64,000 nucleotides of DNA from Octopus sinensis (GCF_006345805.1 NC_043008.1:7502001-7566000), one strand, 5' to 3'; positions 51,401 to 64,000 are shown, counted from the first letter of the stretch. The notes: generated by a model not told the origin, from the sequence alone. Made by a program: numbers and translations.

Positions 51401-53355
51401 CATTATTACCATTCGTTGTATGGTTATGTATTTTCTGCTATCTCATCTCATAGTAAAAATCTATAGGTATGTTTGTGTTCGTATATTTAACTTAGGAATT
51501 AAATGAGGTGAGTTTATATATTTATGTCGGAAGAATTTGACAAATGAAGTAACTATGTTAGTTTGTGTGTGTGTGTGTGTGTGTATGTGTTTGTCTCTCT
51601 GTGTAGATGTATGTGTGCACTTACACTTGTTAATTCCCACACACATACACACGCATTTACACGTTTGCAAATTAACACATGAAAATGTTCGTGAAATAAC
51701 TTATCAAATCAACGTTACCTTCATTAAACTTACTGTGGATAGTGTGTACTTAATCTGGTACAGAGTGTGATAATTTACAAGTGTTAGCATCTTGTAATAA
51801 GCATCTTGTCATATATAGGTATATGACAGTTGTTAATGTGCTACAATATGGTCAAAGAAAATAATTACATAGTTGTTCCACTAATTACTGAAATGTGACT
51901 CTTTTATAGCTTTTGTATCACAAGGCTAGATTATGCAGATTGGTTTTTTTTTTCATTAAAGACTAATTTTTACATCCTTAAATTGGTGTCACAGTACAGG
52001 CAAGAGCATCTACCTTTATGATTTTGGTACTGTGAATATTTAAAGGGTTGCATAATAGTCTAGTACTCCAGTACTCTAGTTGAATTGTTCTCTAATGCTT
52101 TACAACACATACTCTAGCTCTGACAACGCAGCGTTCGAAATTTGAAAAATTGGAAAAATCGAAAATTGGAAACTTTGAAAAATCAAATTGAAAAATCGAA
52201 CGCATGTACCTACTTATGTGTCTCTCCGCATTACTTTACTTGTTCCTTCTTTATTCTGCAATATCCTCTAACTATTCTCTTACTAAAACTTACCGGCTCT
52301 AAGTTTAGTGCTATACACTACCAGATGTTGACCGCTGACCCCGTCAACTTCTGCTGATGTGGTTCTCTAAACCGCTCTCTGTAATATAGGAGAACCGCAA
52401 AAGCAGTTCAGTTTCCAGTCACCGAGAACTTTTTCTGTGCTTTGTATCTACATCAATTTTGTGTAGCCGACCTCTTTGGATTGTGGACAACTTATGCTAT
52501 CTTAATCTACTGGCCTACAATAATCCATGACACTCTCTGGACGCCCCTGTGCTATTTATTCCTGCTCACACACGCTAGGGATGAATCACAGGCTTTGGTA
52601 ATCCATTGCGATTAGTAACAGAAAATTTGTCTCAGGTAGTTTTTAATCTGCAACTGCCATTTTTTCCGGCATTATCTTTTGGATTGTTTTGTAGACAGCA
52701 GCTTCTAGATTGGAATTTTTTGCCGGGTGAATTCAGATACGTTTAAGAATACATTTCGTTCAAACATCGAGAGTATGTTGTTCTTGCTGTTTTTTCTTCC
52801 ACATTTTTGTGGCGATAAAACAATACTTTCTCTCCGTCAGAGACACGCCAACGCTAGATTTGCAAGTCGTGGTCTCTTAGACTATTGTATCGGTGTGAAT
52901 GGAGATGACGATTGTGGAGGTGGAAGTTTGTTGAGGCGATAATGAAACAGTTGACGTTTTTCTACTAAATTTTATGTTGTTTCCCTTTCAAAACAACATT
53001 TAGTCATTGTGGATTCGATCGTCACTTTTGGTGGCTGCAGTCGCGGTCGTGGCGATGCTTTGTATTAAATGCAGCAACAAAGCATGGCAATTTTTTTCAA
53101 TCTATATTCGGAGACCTTGATATTTTGACGAAAATGTCGACGACATGCTGTCTCTATTGTAAAAGAAATGAGTAAATTTTACAAAATAACTCAGGAAAAG
53201 AGAAAAGCGGAGCCAACCAGCACCTTATACCATTTGTGATTGAATGCGACACACGAAGCAACCATTTTGAATACAAATCATTGAAATAGACTTAATTCAA
53301 AACAAGTTTTTTCTGTGGCCCAAAGCGAATTTGTTGCTAGCGCAAAAACCAACAG

Positions 53356-54068
53356 ACGTAGCTAGGAATCAGAAAATAATCCGAACATTTTACAGTGGCA
53401 CAAAATAAAATATAGATGGTTTCGATCTAATTTGGATTCTTTACCATCAAATTTGAATTCTTTGCAATCAAATTTGAATTCTTTGCATCAAATTTGAATC
53501 CTTTGCCATCAAATGTGAATCTTTCAATTGGTGCTCAAGCCTTGACAAAATAGAAAGTTAGACCACATCAGCCGTAAGGGAATACATGTCTATCTAATCT
53601 AACTCGTCCAGTAGAGCCCACCAATTGATATCTGAAAAGTTCGATGAAATAACTCATGAACACTACGATAGCTTCTAGCAAAAGATGCTCCGTTCTAAAC
53701 TGGTCTGAAGAAGGGGAGATAATAGAAAAAGAATCACTCGTTTATTATCTCCCCTTGTTCAGACCGGTTCAAAACGGAGCATCTTTCGGTAGAAGCAGTG
53801 TTCATGAGGTATTTCATCGAACTTTTCAGGTATCAATTGGTGGGCTCTTATGGACGAGCTTGATAAGATAGACATGTATTCCCTTACGGCTGATGAAGTT
53901 TAACTTACGTTTTTTTTTTTCAAAGCTTGAGCATCAATTGAAAAATTTAAATTTGATTGCAAAGGATTCAAATTTAATGGCAAAGAATCCAAATTATATC
54001 GAACACATCTATATTTTATTTTGTGCCACTGTAAAATGTTCGGATTATTTTCTGATTCCTAACTACGT
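53356..54068. mobile_element. 713-bp foldback/MITE palindrome with internal 19-20 bp tandem repeats
   Basis: Arms 53356-53724 and 53743-54068; ends ACGTAGCTAGGAATCAGAAAATAATCCGAAC and reverse complement; ATCAAATTTGAATTCTTTGC x4 left, x2 right. Confidence 0.85.
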
Positions 54069-54097
54069 TTCGTAATTTGGCGATTGTTGAAGCTACG

Positions 54098-54800
54098 TGT
54101 TGTGTGGACGCCCCCAGACAATGAAATAGGCTAGTCCAAAACGTAGATATAGATGGAGAAGCCTAGACGTCAAAGGAGTGGCGGTCAAAGTTGAGATTTG
54201 AGTAGCAGTCGTAGTCGACTAGAACAAAGCAGCAGCAGAGTAGAGTTGAGTAGAGGCATCCGAACGTGTGACATAATAGTGGCGACGAGAATGAGTATAG
54301 TATTGCGATTATAACACTAGGACAGACCTTATGATTGTTTCAACCAGCTTACATAGGAAAGCTTCATCGTAATTTTATGAAGGCAGTATATACATGTTTG
54401 ATGGGTTGTATCTGTCGCGCAAGACTGATGAGTGAAGATTGATCTAAATAAAGGTGGATGTGTTGGAGATAACAGTTTACATATCATTTATAGGAGGGAG
54501 TGCATAGATGTTGAAACAGAAATATAGGGTGCACGGGATTTGAGAGAGTGGGTCATAGAGATATTTATCAGTCGATTTTGGATAATGAAATATGACAGAT
54601 ACAAACACAAGGAGCGAAAACGTCAGAGGATCCATTGAAGAATCTCTCGGTTGAATGTTTCGTTGGCGTCAAGTGCAAAACATTGATTTCCCTGAAATGC
54701 TCTGCGTGCCACCGGAAATCAACACCGCAGTAAATGTATTTCTACCGGAGTCAGTTAAGACGGGATGGTGTTTAATGGGATGGAAGAAGTGATTCTTAAT
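54098..54800 (+). mobile_element. LTR (54098-54278), PBS (54280-54289) and decayed internal region of a Gypsy-like element
   Basis: TGTTGTG...CATAATA, homologous to the solo LTR at 61701-62077; TGGCGACGAG complements the 3' end of tRNA-Ser(GCU); weak gag-like DFPEMLC segment downstream. Confidence 0.7.
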
Positions 54801-54924
54801 TAGCACTACTGGAATTGAACAAGATTAGGTCGATTAGGTCGATATTAGGATTAACAAGATTAGCTTCACTTCCCGAAAATAGGCCAAATTGCACAGTGTT
54901 TCCCATATTTCCGATACATCCATA

Positions 54925-55330
54925 TCTCTCTCTTTTTCTCTCTGTCGCTCTCTGTTTCTCTCTCTCTCTATATATATATATATATCACTTTCTCTATCTT
55001 TTCTTCTCACTCCTTCTCTCTCCTTCTTTCGCTCTCTCTCCCTCTTTCACTCTCTCTCTCTTTCACTCTCTCTCTCCTTCTCTCGCTTTCTTTCTCTCTC
55101 CCTCTCTTTCTATCTCCCCCTCTCTCTTCATCCCTCTCTCTTTCTCCACTCCCTCTTTCTCCATCTCTTCCTCCCTCTCTCACCCTTGATTCCTCTCCTT
55201 CTCTCTCTCACCCTTGATTCCTCTCCCTCTCTCTCTCTTACCCTTGATTCCTCTCCCTCTCAATCTCACCCTTGATTCCTCTCCCTCTCCCTCTATTTTT
55301 CTCTCCCCTCTCGGCTCTCTCTATCTTTCT
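54925..55330. repeat. Polypyrimidine (CT-rich) tract containing four copies of an approximately 28-bp unit
   Basis: CCCTTGATTCCTCTCC repeated four times in 55181-55290. Confidence 0.9.
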
Positions 55331-55899
55331 CTGAAAAGAGAAAGCGAGAGAGAACCAGAAAAAAAAATTACTGAAGAAACGAAAAGGTCTAACTCTATTT
55401 TAATGTTAGGAAAAAGACCATTTCGATAGATGTCATTCGATGTTTTTTTCCGTGGGATATGTATATATTGGCGAAATACAGAAGGATAAAACAAATGAAA
55501 TCGTGCTGAATATGAGCAACTTAGTGTCGGAAACACAACGGTCTAAGAATGCGAAATCCTTCTCTACTTATGTAATTGCGCTTATGGCGTTTATTCTTAG
55601 TTATTGGCGATTCTTACGTAAATGAACGAAAGGGGCAAAAGTAACATTTCGGCTTAGGCAGTTAACTTAACTTATGTAAAACATTTTTGTAAACATTTCA
55701 TTCACACAATATTATTTCGAACTCGGATGAAATAGCAGATAAACAACGTATTATATGTTATTTTATATATTTCACTATCAGAAATTATATCCTTAAAAAA
55801 TGTCATATTAACCCGACTAACATTTGCTGTAGCGATGTTTGATAATTACATCATGTATTAAATTCCGAGGGGCTTTAAGAGTTTATGCGACAGCAATGT

Positions 55900-56480
55900 G
55901 GATTTTGTTATGAATCCAAATATCCCTAAATTGTCCACTATAAACTACATTTGAATTTGCTGTCACTGCAGTAAAAAGAATGCACGATGTTGTGCAGATA
56001 ATTGTTTGAAAACGGTAATAAAGTTATCAGTTTTAGGTTTGTCTTTGAAGCCAGTAAAATAACTGTTAATTAAATTGAACAAAATGGTTGACTTTTATCT
56101 CAAACAATGGCATAATGCTAATCTAGAAATATCGATATGGATCACTTAAAAATATTTCATCTACAAATATCAATCGCCCTTTCACACAAGTATTTTTTGA
56201 CATGTCAAATATACAATTATTGTATATTTTGCTCCTTGTGGACTATCCAACTACATTAATTCTATAGGCATACCTGTTACATACAAGCGCAGCGTCCGTT
56301 AGCTGCCTTTTCAAAACAGATTGGCGCCATCTTTTCCAGACAATCCTGTGATAATAACTCAGTCATAAACCCAAACCGTTTCTCAATTTTTGCAATAAAT
56401 ATTTTTCAACAACGCAAACATTATTTTGAAGATTATTCTATTATATCATTGTTCTTGTAATTCTACAGCTGTTTGTCATT
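55900..56480 (-). pseudogene. Possible piggyBac transposase fossil
   Basis: Minus-strand GRCACM, GAKYTII and LINSYFTGFKDKPKTDNFITV in piggyBac order (GRC..QY, KYGIK, TDNFxT); very decayed. Confidence 0.3.
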
Positions 56481-56848
56481 TACATTTGTGTGACAAATCA
56501 AAATATCTTCTCCCTGGTAAAAATATTCTGCCATAAAATTATAAAGATAACAATTCCATTCTAATCTGAGGCGATCTCCGTATATAGCGAAATTACGGAG
56601 TTTGATCGGATCGGAAGATACTATATTGTGAAACGTTCGTTTTAATTGTCATGGGCATTCTATTTGGAATTTTCTTATAAGAAATGTGTTCTTAATAAAA
56701 AAATATGCTAACATGGAGTTTAATAGGACAGTGAAGTAGTGTGTTATTTGTAAGGGCGGCTTGAATTTTGATCATCCACTTGTAGGAAGATTGCTAAAGT
56801 TCGCTGTATATTCTCTGAGAACGGTGAGATTGATGCCGATAAGATACC

Positions 56849-57050
56849 TATTTCTTTATTACCCACAAGGGGCTAAACACAGAGGGGGCAAACAAGGACA
56901 GACATAGGTATTAAGTCGATTACATCGACCCCAGTGCGTAACTGGTACTTAATTTATCGACCCCGAAAGGATGAAAGGCAAAGTCGACCTCGGCGGAATT
57001 TGAACTCACAACGTAACGGCAGACGAAATATCGCTAAGCATTTCGCCCGA
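56849..57050 (-). mobile_element. SINE family A, 5'-truncated, 12-bp TSD
   Basis: CGATAAGATACC at 56837-56848 and 57051-57062. Confidence 0.93.
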
Positions 57051-57064
57051 CGATAAGATACCGT

Positions 57065-57900
57065 CTACAATGTCGTAGGTCAACACCTACAGGGAAATGG
57101 GCCGACTTTCTGAGAATGAATGCCTAGAAATAATTTTTTGTCTTGGGGTAAGATGTTGAATAAGGACAAGCGTGAATTGAGATAAATAGATGAATGGTTC
57201 GGAGGGGGTCTGAGTGATGAATGTAAGTGACCAACTAGCAGCGAGGAGAACAGGCTATCACAGAAGTGGAAGAAAACACGGAAAGAAAAACATGGGATTG
57301 TGGATCAATGACTGAAGTGTGACTAATAATGATTGGAGGTTAATTAGTTAAGTGAATTTTGGCGAATGAAGTCCAGGATATCTAACTGTGTAGCAGATAA
57401 ACCTTAAAACTATGAGCAGTATTCCATTAGGGGCCTAACTTGAGCGTGTAATAGAATGGTTAGTTTTTTTTTTATGCCATCTTAGCTATTCTACGGATGC
57501 GCTTTGGCCAGTATTAATAATCGGTGATAGCAAAGCCCAATATTTGGGTAATTGTGAAGCGAGGTTTCTAGGTAAGTGCCTCTCATATTCTTCTTTCAAA
57601 TAAACAAACATTGGAATCTGCAGCACTTAAGAGATAATCTAGAAATGGACCCATTGGGAGATACTCTGGAAGCTTTAAGTGTAGCCTGTGTTGAGCATGG
57701 ATGTTGTACGGTCGGAGAATATGACAGATGCAAAAGAACGGGCATGGCATGATATCGCAGCATGCGTGTCATTGAGGTACGGAAGCGAGTGAGGGAAAAA
57801 ACGCATCACTGGGGAACACCACCTGTCGCAGGATATGATAGTTTATTTATGTCATTGTAGACTATTGGTGGGGTTTCTATGACAGTTTACGCCGTAAATA
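57065..57900 (-). pseudogene. Possible Gypsy RT relic
   Basis: Minus-strand FLDYLLSAADS followed by LKEEYERHL...KYW...IIN resembles YLDDILIAS..EEHERHL..L.KYGL.IN. Confidence 0.4.
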
Positions 57901-58224
57901 GTTTTTTTTTTGTATGTGTGTTTTGTTAATAATATTTCTATACATTAATGCTTCTTTACAAGATGCTTAGTCTTCGTGAAAAGCATTCGAAACATTTGTA
58001 AAATCCGTTTCATTTTCTAAAAATATTTTTACTATAAACTCACTAACGAAATTTGCCAGGAAGATAATTCATAACCACTCAGAAGTAAAAGTCGCGTTTG
58101 TTGTACTTATTTTCTTTATAAAAATCCTACTTTTAATATCTGTTTTGTACTAAGAAAATGGGAATATGAATATATATGTATATATATAATATATATCATA
58201 TAATATATATATATATATATTATA

Positions 58225-58902
58225 TATATAAAAGGGCTTAGTAAAATAAATTACTTTGCCGCATACTGAACTCGTTAGAAATAGCAGCTAAAAAAACTAT
58301 TTCTAACACTTAAAGAAAACCTCTCTCATATAGTGTTTGCTCAATTCAACTCAAGAAAGTATGAGGGTAGAGACATTAAAAATCAATGCAAAGGTTATTT
58401 GAGTACGTACGTTTCAAGATTTTAACCCACGCTGGTGGAAGGGGAGAGCAGAAATTTTCTCCTGCATATTGAGTTTGTTGGCACTGTTAGTTTGGAACAG
58501 ATCTTCAGAAGCGATAACAAGCCGAAAGGGTATGCTCCCATTCAGTGTTTTCAAATTCAAACAAGGGCATTCTGAGCTGATGAGAGAAGGGTCGATTTTG
58601 GCTAATCTTGAAACGTACGTACTCAAATAACCTTTGCATTTGATTTTTTAATGTCTCTACCCTCATACTTTCTTGAGTTGAATTGAGCAAACACTATATG
58701 AGAGAGGTTTTCTTTAAGTGTTAGAAATAGTTTTTTTAGCTGCTATTTCTAACGAGTTCAGTATGCGGCAAAGTAATTTATTTTACTAAGCCCTTTTATA
58801 TAATGTAATAATTTGAATTTGCCTTAAATGGTCCCTTTGCATACTGAATACTTGGTGAAATTGATTAATTAATTAATTAATTTTACCCTCAATTGTTGAA
58901 AT
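58225..58902. mobile_element. Head-to-head palindromic element (197-bp arms, 182-bp spacer), Penelope pLTR-like
   Basis: 58225-58421 is the reverse complement of 58604-58802 (small indels only); the right side extends about 100 bp; both ends abut (TA)n. Confidence 0.85.
58573..58625 (+). ncRNA. Type-I hammerhead ribozyme
   Basis: TGAG-CTGATGA-GAGA(18 nt)TCTT-GAAA-CGTACG-TA-CTCA; canonical core, palindrome ACGTACGT, GUA triplet, G-U at the first pair of stem II. Confidence 0.75.
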
Positions 58903-59270
58903 TATATATATATATATATATATAATATATATACATACGTATATGTATATATATATTTGTACTAAGAAAATGGGAATATGAATATATATATGTATATATA
59001 TATATTCATATTCATATATATATATATATATAATATATATAATATATATATAATATATATATATACATACGTATATGTATATATGTATTTGTACTAATTA
59101 AAGGGGAATATGAATATATATATATATATGTATATATATATACATAGTCATATTCATATATATATATATATATACGTATATGTATATATATATATATGTA
59201 TATGTATCTGTATATGTATCTGTATATGTATGTATATGTATATATATACATACATATATCTACGTATGTA
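58903..59270. repeat. TA-rich tandem units of about 130 bp
   Basis: CATACGTATATGTATAT...TTTGTACTAA...GGGAATATGAATATATAT recurs near 58935 and 59065, with a partial third unit. Confidence 0.7.
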
Positions 59271-61700
59271 TATATTAATCGTAATAGTGGCAAAATTATT
59301 TGTCTTTCCAATTATATCCACCAATATAATCTTGATCCACAATGAAATTTTAACTACAAAGGGAAACATGGAGATTTAAGTGTCAGGAACATGAAACTTA
59401 TCGAACAGTATGGAGAGATAAGAGCCGATTATCTGCGGCAGTGGTCTACTTCGAACTTCATAAATTCATTTTTATAGACACAATGTTATCATATATACTA
59501 CTTCATTACAAATACGAAGGAAATTGACACATTGAGAAGCATTTAGCCGGATATTAAAACAGACACAGCCATTACAATTCATCTTATACTAGCAACGACA
59601 TCATATTTCTTAGCGTCTTGTCTGTAATTCCACTTTATGCACATTTAAACGATCGAATGGGATAAATGGCAGTGAACGGTGCTTGGAGAAATGAATAAAA
59701 ATTTAGTTAAGTGCAATCATGAACTAGGAATTGAAAGCTCGCCAAAAATATTTAATTCCAAAACCATTTATAAAACAAAGTATCATACAAATCAAACAAG
59801 TTCACTCTCATATCTATGCTGTCCAACTTAGAAATTTTAATTATTTATTAGATTAGTTTTATATTCAATAATGTAAGCGTCAATAGGTTATGATGAATAT
59901 TCCATTACCGATACAGTTTTCATATGCTTAACAGAATGGATTACATTGGCGAGGATCAAAAATTATGCAAACACACTGTATTCTTCGGCGAATCTTTCAT
60001 TCGCATTCTACAATTTTCGTAGCTTGCAGATTACGAAACGAACCACCCACGCTATGCGCACAGGTATATATTTTGCTACAATAGAGAACGTTTGGAATGA
60101 ATGCAGCCTATTGTTTAAATACAATAACCACGTGACTTCTACTTTCAATGGATAGATTTTATTGGTATGTGCAACAGTGTTTGCATGGATATGAATCATT
60201 TTATGCGTCTCCACATGAATTCATGTCTCTGCAGGATAAGAATGCGCGTGAGTGTATTTGCAAACTTTTTTCTTCACAGTTATTGATTTCCTTCGATAAA
60301 TGTAGTTAAACTGTGATGTGGTGGAGTGAGGGAGTCTTGCTTTGTCATTAAGATTTAATTTTCTTCCAGAAGCTATTCGTAAGACAGGCGTATTGACTAG
60401 CTTTTTCAAGGAAATACTAGTCGCGTTTGTCTTCTAGCATTATCAGGGCCTACTCCCCCATTCAATGTGATTCGCTTTAGCATCCTGTTTCTTAACTTTT
60501 GTATTTCTAATTTCATAGAAGAAACAAAAAAAAAAACGAAAACCACACAAAACTGAAGTAACAAACACAATTCAGTTGTTCAGCATAAAATTCAACATAT
60601 TTCCTCACATTATTATTGATGTTTTTATTTTAAATTTTAATGAAACGATGACTAATCTAAACGACAAGAAATTTATACCACTAACAATGCCTCTACAGAA
60701 AGAAAAATAATGACTTAGATATCGTTTAGGCAATTCCGTGAACGAACGAATAATGAAAACAAAAATTAAAAGATGACGTTTCATCTGTGGAATATATTTA
60801 TTTTTCTTTCTCAATAAAAATAAATAGAAAGAAATTTTAAGCGAAGCCTAAAAAGGAAGGTGGGTATCTAAAGAACGTTCCTCAAATCTCCATTAAATTT
60901 GTTTCTAAGAGAAATTTTAAAAACACATATTAATCCGGTTGTTTTTATTATTCAGTTTTCATAATAATGAGCTTCTTACAGGAATATTAAATTCTTGAAG
61001 AACGAGTTTTGGATCTATGTTAGAACATAATGTACTGTGATTTCGCATTATATAATTTGGACCCAGAGAGAAATTGGAGTTAATCGTTGCACGCCAAGGA
61101 AACACTATTAATCCTTTCATTTCGCACTTCCTACTAAATACATTAACAGTGTTACAACCGATTTTGCCAAGAGAATTCCTCATTACATTTGAACAACCGT
61201 TTTCATAGGAATTCATTATATTCACAATTATTCACAAATACTGCCAAATGCCAAATATATTTGCTGATAAATATAAAGACCCTTCCGAAGAGCAACATCA
61301 GTTTCAATATATTTCAGAAGAAATTCAGTTAAAATAATTTGATTTCATATTTATTGAATCAACTCATACTGAGTCCATTTTGTTGCCAATAATATCGACA
61401 GTAACATTCAAAAAGATGTCATAAATATATGACAAATTTTCACAAAACATCATGTAATGATTTCTATAAATCAACAACTGTTATCCTTCGGCGTGCTGGT
61501 CGGTTCTGTTTCCTATGATGGAAACCCTCATTGATAGAAATATACGTTGGTCGGAACACGTACACAGGATGGACTGCAGTAGGCCCCCGGATAACTATAT
61601 TACTCCCATCCATGCAAAGGAAAGAGAAACCATAGAAGACCTAGACTGAGATTGAATGACGCTACAGAAAGGAATATGAAGCAAAAAGAAATTGATTATC

Positions 61701-62077
61701 TGTTATGTCGCACGTTCGGACGCCTCTACAACTCAACTCTACCCTGTTATAGTTTTAACTACTGTACTCTTCTCTGACGACATCTAGACTTCTACCTCTA
61801 TATCTACGTACTGGGAGCACGCCGGGCGAAATGCGTTGTTGTAATTCGTCTGCCGGTACGTTCTGTGTTCGAATTCCTCCGTGGTCGACTATGCCATTCA
61901 TCCTTTCGGGGTCGATTAAATAAGTACCATTAACGCACTGGGGTCGATGTAAATGACTTAATTCATTTGTCTGTCTTTGTTTGTCCCCTCTATGTTTAGC
62001 CCCTTGTGGGTAATAAAGAAACATATATCTACGTATTGGACTAGCCTACTTCATCGTCTGGGGGCGTCCGCACAACA
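61701..62077 (-). mobile_element. Solo LTR with 5-bp TSD, containing a SINE-A
   Basis: TGTT...AACA ends; TTATC at 61696-61700 and 62078-62082; homologous to 54098-54278. Confidence 0.85.
61811..62023 (+). mobile_element. SINE family A, 5'-truncated, 12-bp TSD
   Basis: TATATCTACGTA at 61799-61810 and 62024-62035. Confidence 0.92.
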
Positions 62078-62700
62078 TTATCATACATGGCAAACCCAAT
62101 TGAAAAACTGACCAACATGGAGAATGCTTAACAAGATATGGCAAAGTTATGAACAGTCATGGTCGCAAACGACCGACTGCAAGTACTAAAAAAAAGAATA
62201 TCTCTGGAATGAAACTCGAAATATTCTCATTTGAAATGTAAATCACTGCTGGCATGTTCCAGTTACAATTCTGTATTGCAATGTTTTAAGTTTATAGAAT
62301 TATTCAGTCGACTCTTGGATATTTAGTTTGTACAAATTAAGAAGTCCACAATAATCTTAGTAAATTCCAAGTACGCACTGTCACCGTTCCTAACTCCTCT
62401 ACTTGTCGTTTTGAAGGGTATCCTGCTGTAGAAACCAAGCCACATCAGACCATGGAATCTAGTGTGGGCCTTCGGTTTGCCAGCTCCTGTCAATCACTCC
62501 ATCCTATGCTGGGAAGAAAATCGGATGTTGAAGGATGATGAGGAAGAGGAGGAAGAGGAGGATATATGCTTACAAGGCAGACTACGATGATACGCATGTA
62601 TACGCAGATATGAGTATGAATGTGTTAAAATACAAGCTTTTCTAATGTAAATGCATGTATCGTATCCGTATGTGACACTATATTAATGGCACATATATTA

Positions 62701-62933
62701 GGGGCGGCGAGCTGGCAGAAACGTTAGCGCGCCGGGCGAAATACTTAGCGGCATTTCGTCTGTCGTTACGTTCTGAGTTCAAATGCCGTCGTGGTTGAGT
62801 TTGCCTTTCATCCTTTCGGGGTCGATAAATATAGTACCAGTAACGCACTGGGGTCGAGGTAATCGACTTAATCCGTTTGTCTGTCATTGTTTGTCCCCTC
62901 TGTGTTTAGCCCCTTGTGGGCAGTAAAGAAATA
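62701..62933 (+). mobile_element. SINE family A with imperfect 14-bp TSD
   Basis: TATATTAATGGCAC at 62679-62692 and TATATTAATGACAC at 62934-62947. Confidence 0.9.
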
Positions 62934-64000
62934 TATATTAATGACACTGCAATGATCGACTGAAATCCCCTTAGTATATAAATCTATAGCTTCTCTGTGG
63001 AATGGAAACATACGTCAGATTAGATTAGATGAAGATATTTGAACTCACGTTGTAAACGATGTGAAGCGCTGACATTGAGTGAAATGTTTTAAACATTAAC
63101 CGAGTACGTTTGGTGTGATTGTGACGTCATTGAAATAAAGACACCGTATTTGCTTACAATTGATTCATTGCTCGATTTTGACAATAAGTAATATACTTGT
63201 TAATATTCGTGTATTTCCCACAGCAGCTCTTTCTGACCTTGCATTAATCTCTTTTATTCTCTGGTTCCCTTTTCAATATTTATTACACAACATGTCCCTA
63301 GACACAATACTCTTATTCCTACAGACATCCACAAGAGGGAAATATCTGTTAAATCCATGATTTGTACAAGCAGACACACAACACACGTGTATGGTGTCTG
63401 AGAGGGAATGTCGTTTATCTGTTGGCTTGTTTATTCACTTGACTTATTTCGGAAGTAAAACTTTTCACAAACCAACACAAATACTTAGAATGATACGATA
63501 AACATTTTATAAAAACAAAAGAAGAAAAAGAAGAAAAATGAAAAAAAAAAACGGGAGGGGGTGCAAAAAATAAGGAAACCGTAAGAAAATAAACGCAAAA
63601 CAAAATTCAGACACATTGATTTCCAATAAAAAGTTTCTATACTTTAATCCGTAGAGATTTATCATACACAAACATAGTTTGTCTTTGAATTGTATATGTA
63701 GAAATGTAAAGACATATGTTTAATACGACTAAAAGAAAAAAGAAAAAAGAAACATCTATAGATCTATATAAACGCATGGATATAATTAAAAACAAAATGG
63801 CACAACGTTCCTTCCTAGAAATGTATTTCTATGGACATTACTAAACCATATGAAAAAAATGTAAAAAAGAAACGAGCGATTAGATATAATCAGTATAGAG
63901 TAGAATACAGTATTAGAGGCTATAATACATTGTAATATAATTTGTTCCTAAGTAACGTCTTCTGCAAAAAGGGATATCTCTCTGTCTAAGTAATAAAACA

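Larger units (their letters stand above)
61520..62170 (+). mobile_element. RTE-clade LINE 3' relic split by the solo LTR
   Basis: RWSEHVHRMD...KGKRNHRRPRLRLND before the LTR; TWQTQLKN*PTWRML after it. Confidence 0.6.

Noticed and set aside
53704-53900. CTGAAGA and CTGATGA within the 53-kb foldback
   Set aside because: No downstream stem II plus GAAA-stem III arrangement; not a hammerhead.
56760-56785. TTTTGATCATCCACTTGTA resembling a Tc1/mariner TIR
   Set aside because: No matching opposite terminus or ordered DDE/D motifs found nearby.
60600-61440. Microsatellite-free stretch with hydrophobic minus-strand peptides, vaguely GPCR-like
   Set aside because: Many stops and no diagnostic motif; AT-rich DNA gives hydrophobic translations. 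A translated search would be needed.

Overview
AT-rich, microsatellite-dense animal genomic DNA with no supportable host exon, tRNA or rRNA gene. The repeat families look like those of an octopus (coleoid cephalopod); this is inferred from remembered repeat similarity, not from a search. The window is a stack of mobile elements. It holds about 25 tRNA-headed SINE copies in four modular families (called A-D here) and one 5'-truncated CR1/L2-like LINE with an open RT frame (23869-25224) whose 3' end matches the SINE-B tail. Fossils include R4/Dong-like, RTE, Gypsy, hAT-Buster, Tc1/mariner and Penelope GIY-YIG elements, plus an LTR with a tRNA-Ser PBS, a solo LTR, and MITE/foldback palindromes. 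The most interesting signal is a set of non-coding head-to-head palindromic elements (17.0-18.35 kb, 20.8-21.4 kb, 58.2-58.9 kb, and a decayed one at 11.0-11.3 kb). Their arms carry minimal type-I hammerhead ribozyme folds with palindromic stem III. Three stand-alone hammerhead folds also occur (92, 16.7 kb, 26.9 kb). Several cores are non-canonical (U3-A8, U4C, A6U). These look like non-autonomous Penelope-type pseudo-LTR elements; catalytic activity and novelty are untested. Fossil boundaries are approximate and come from manual translation.
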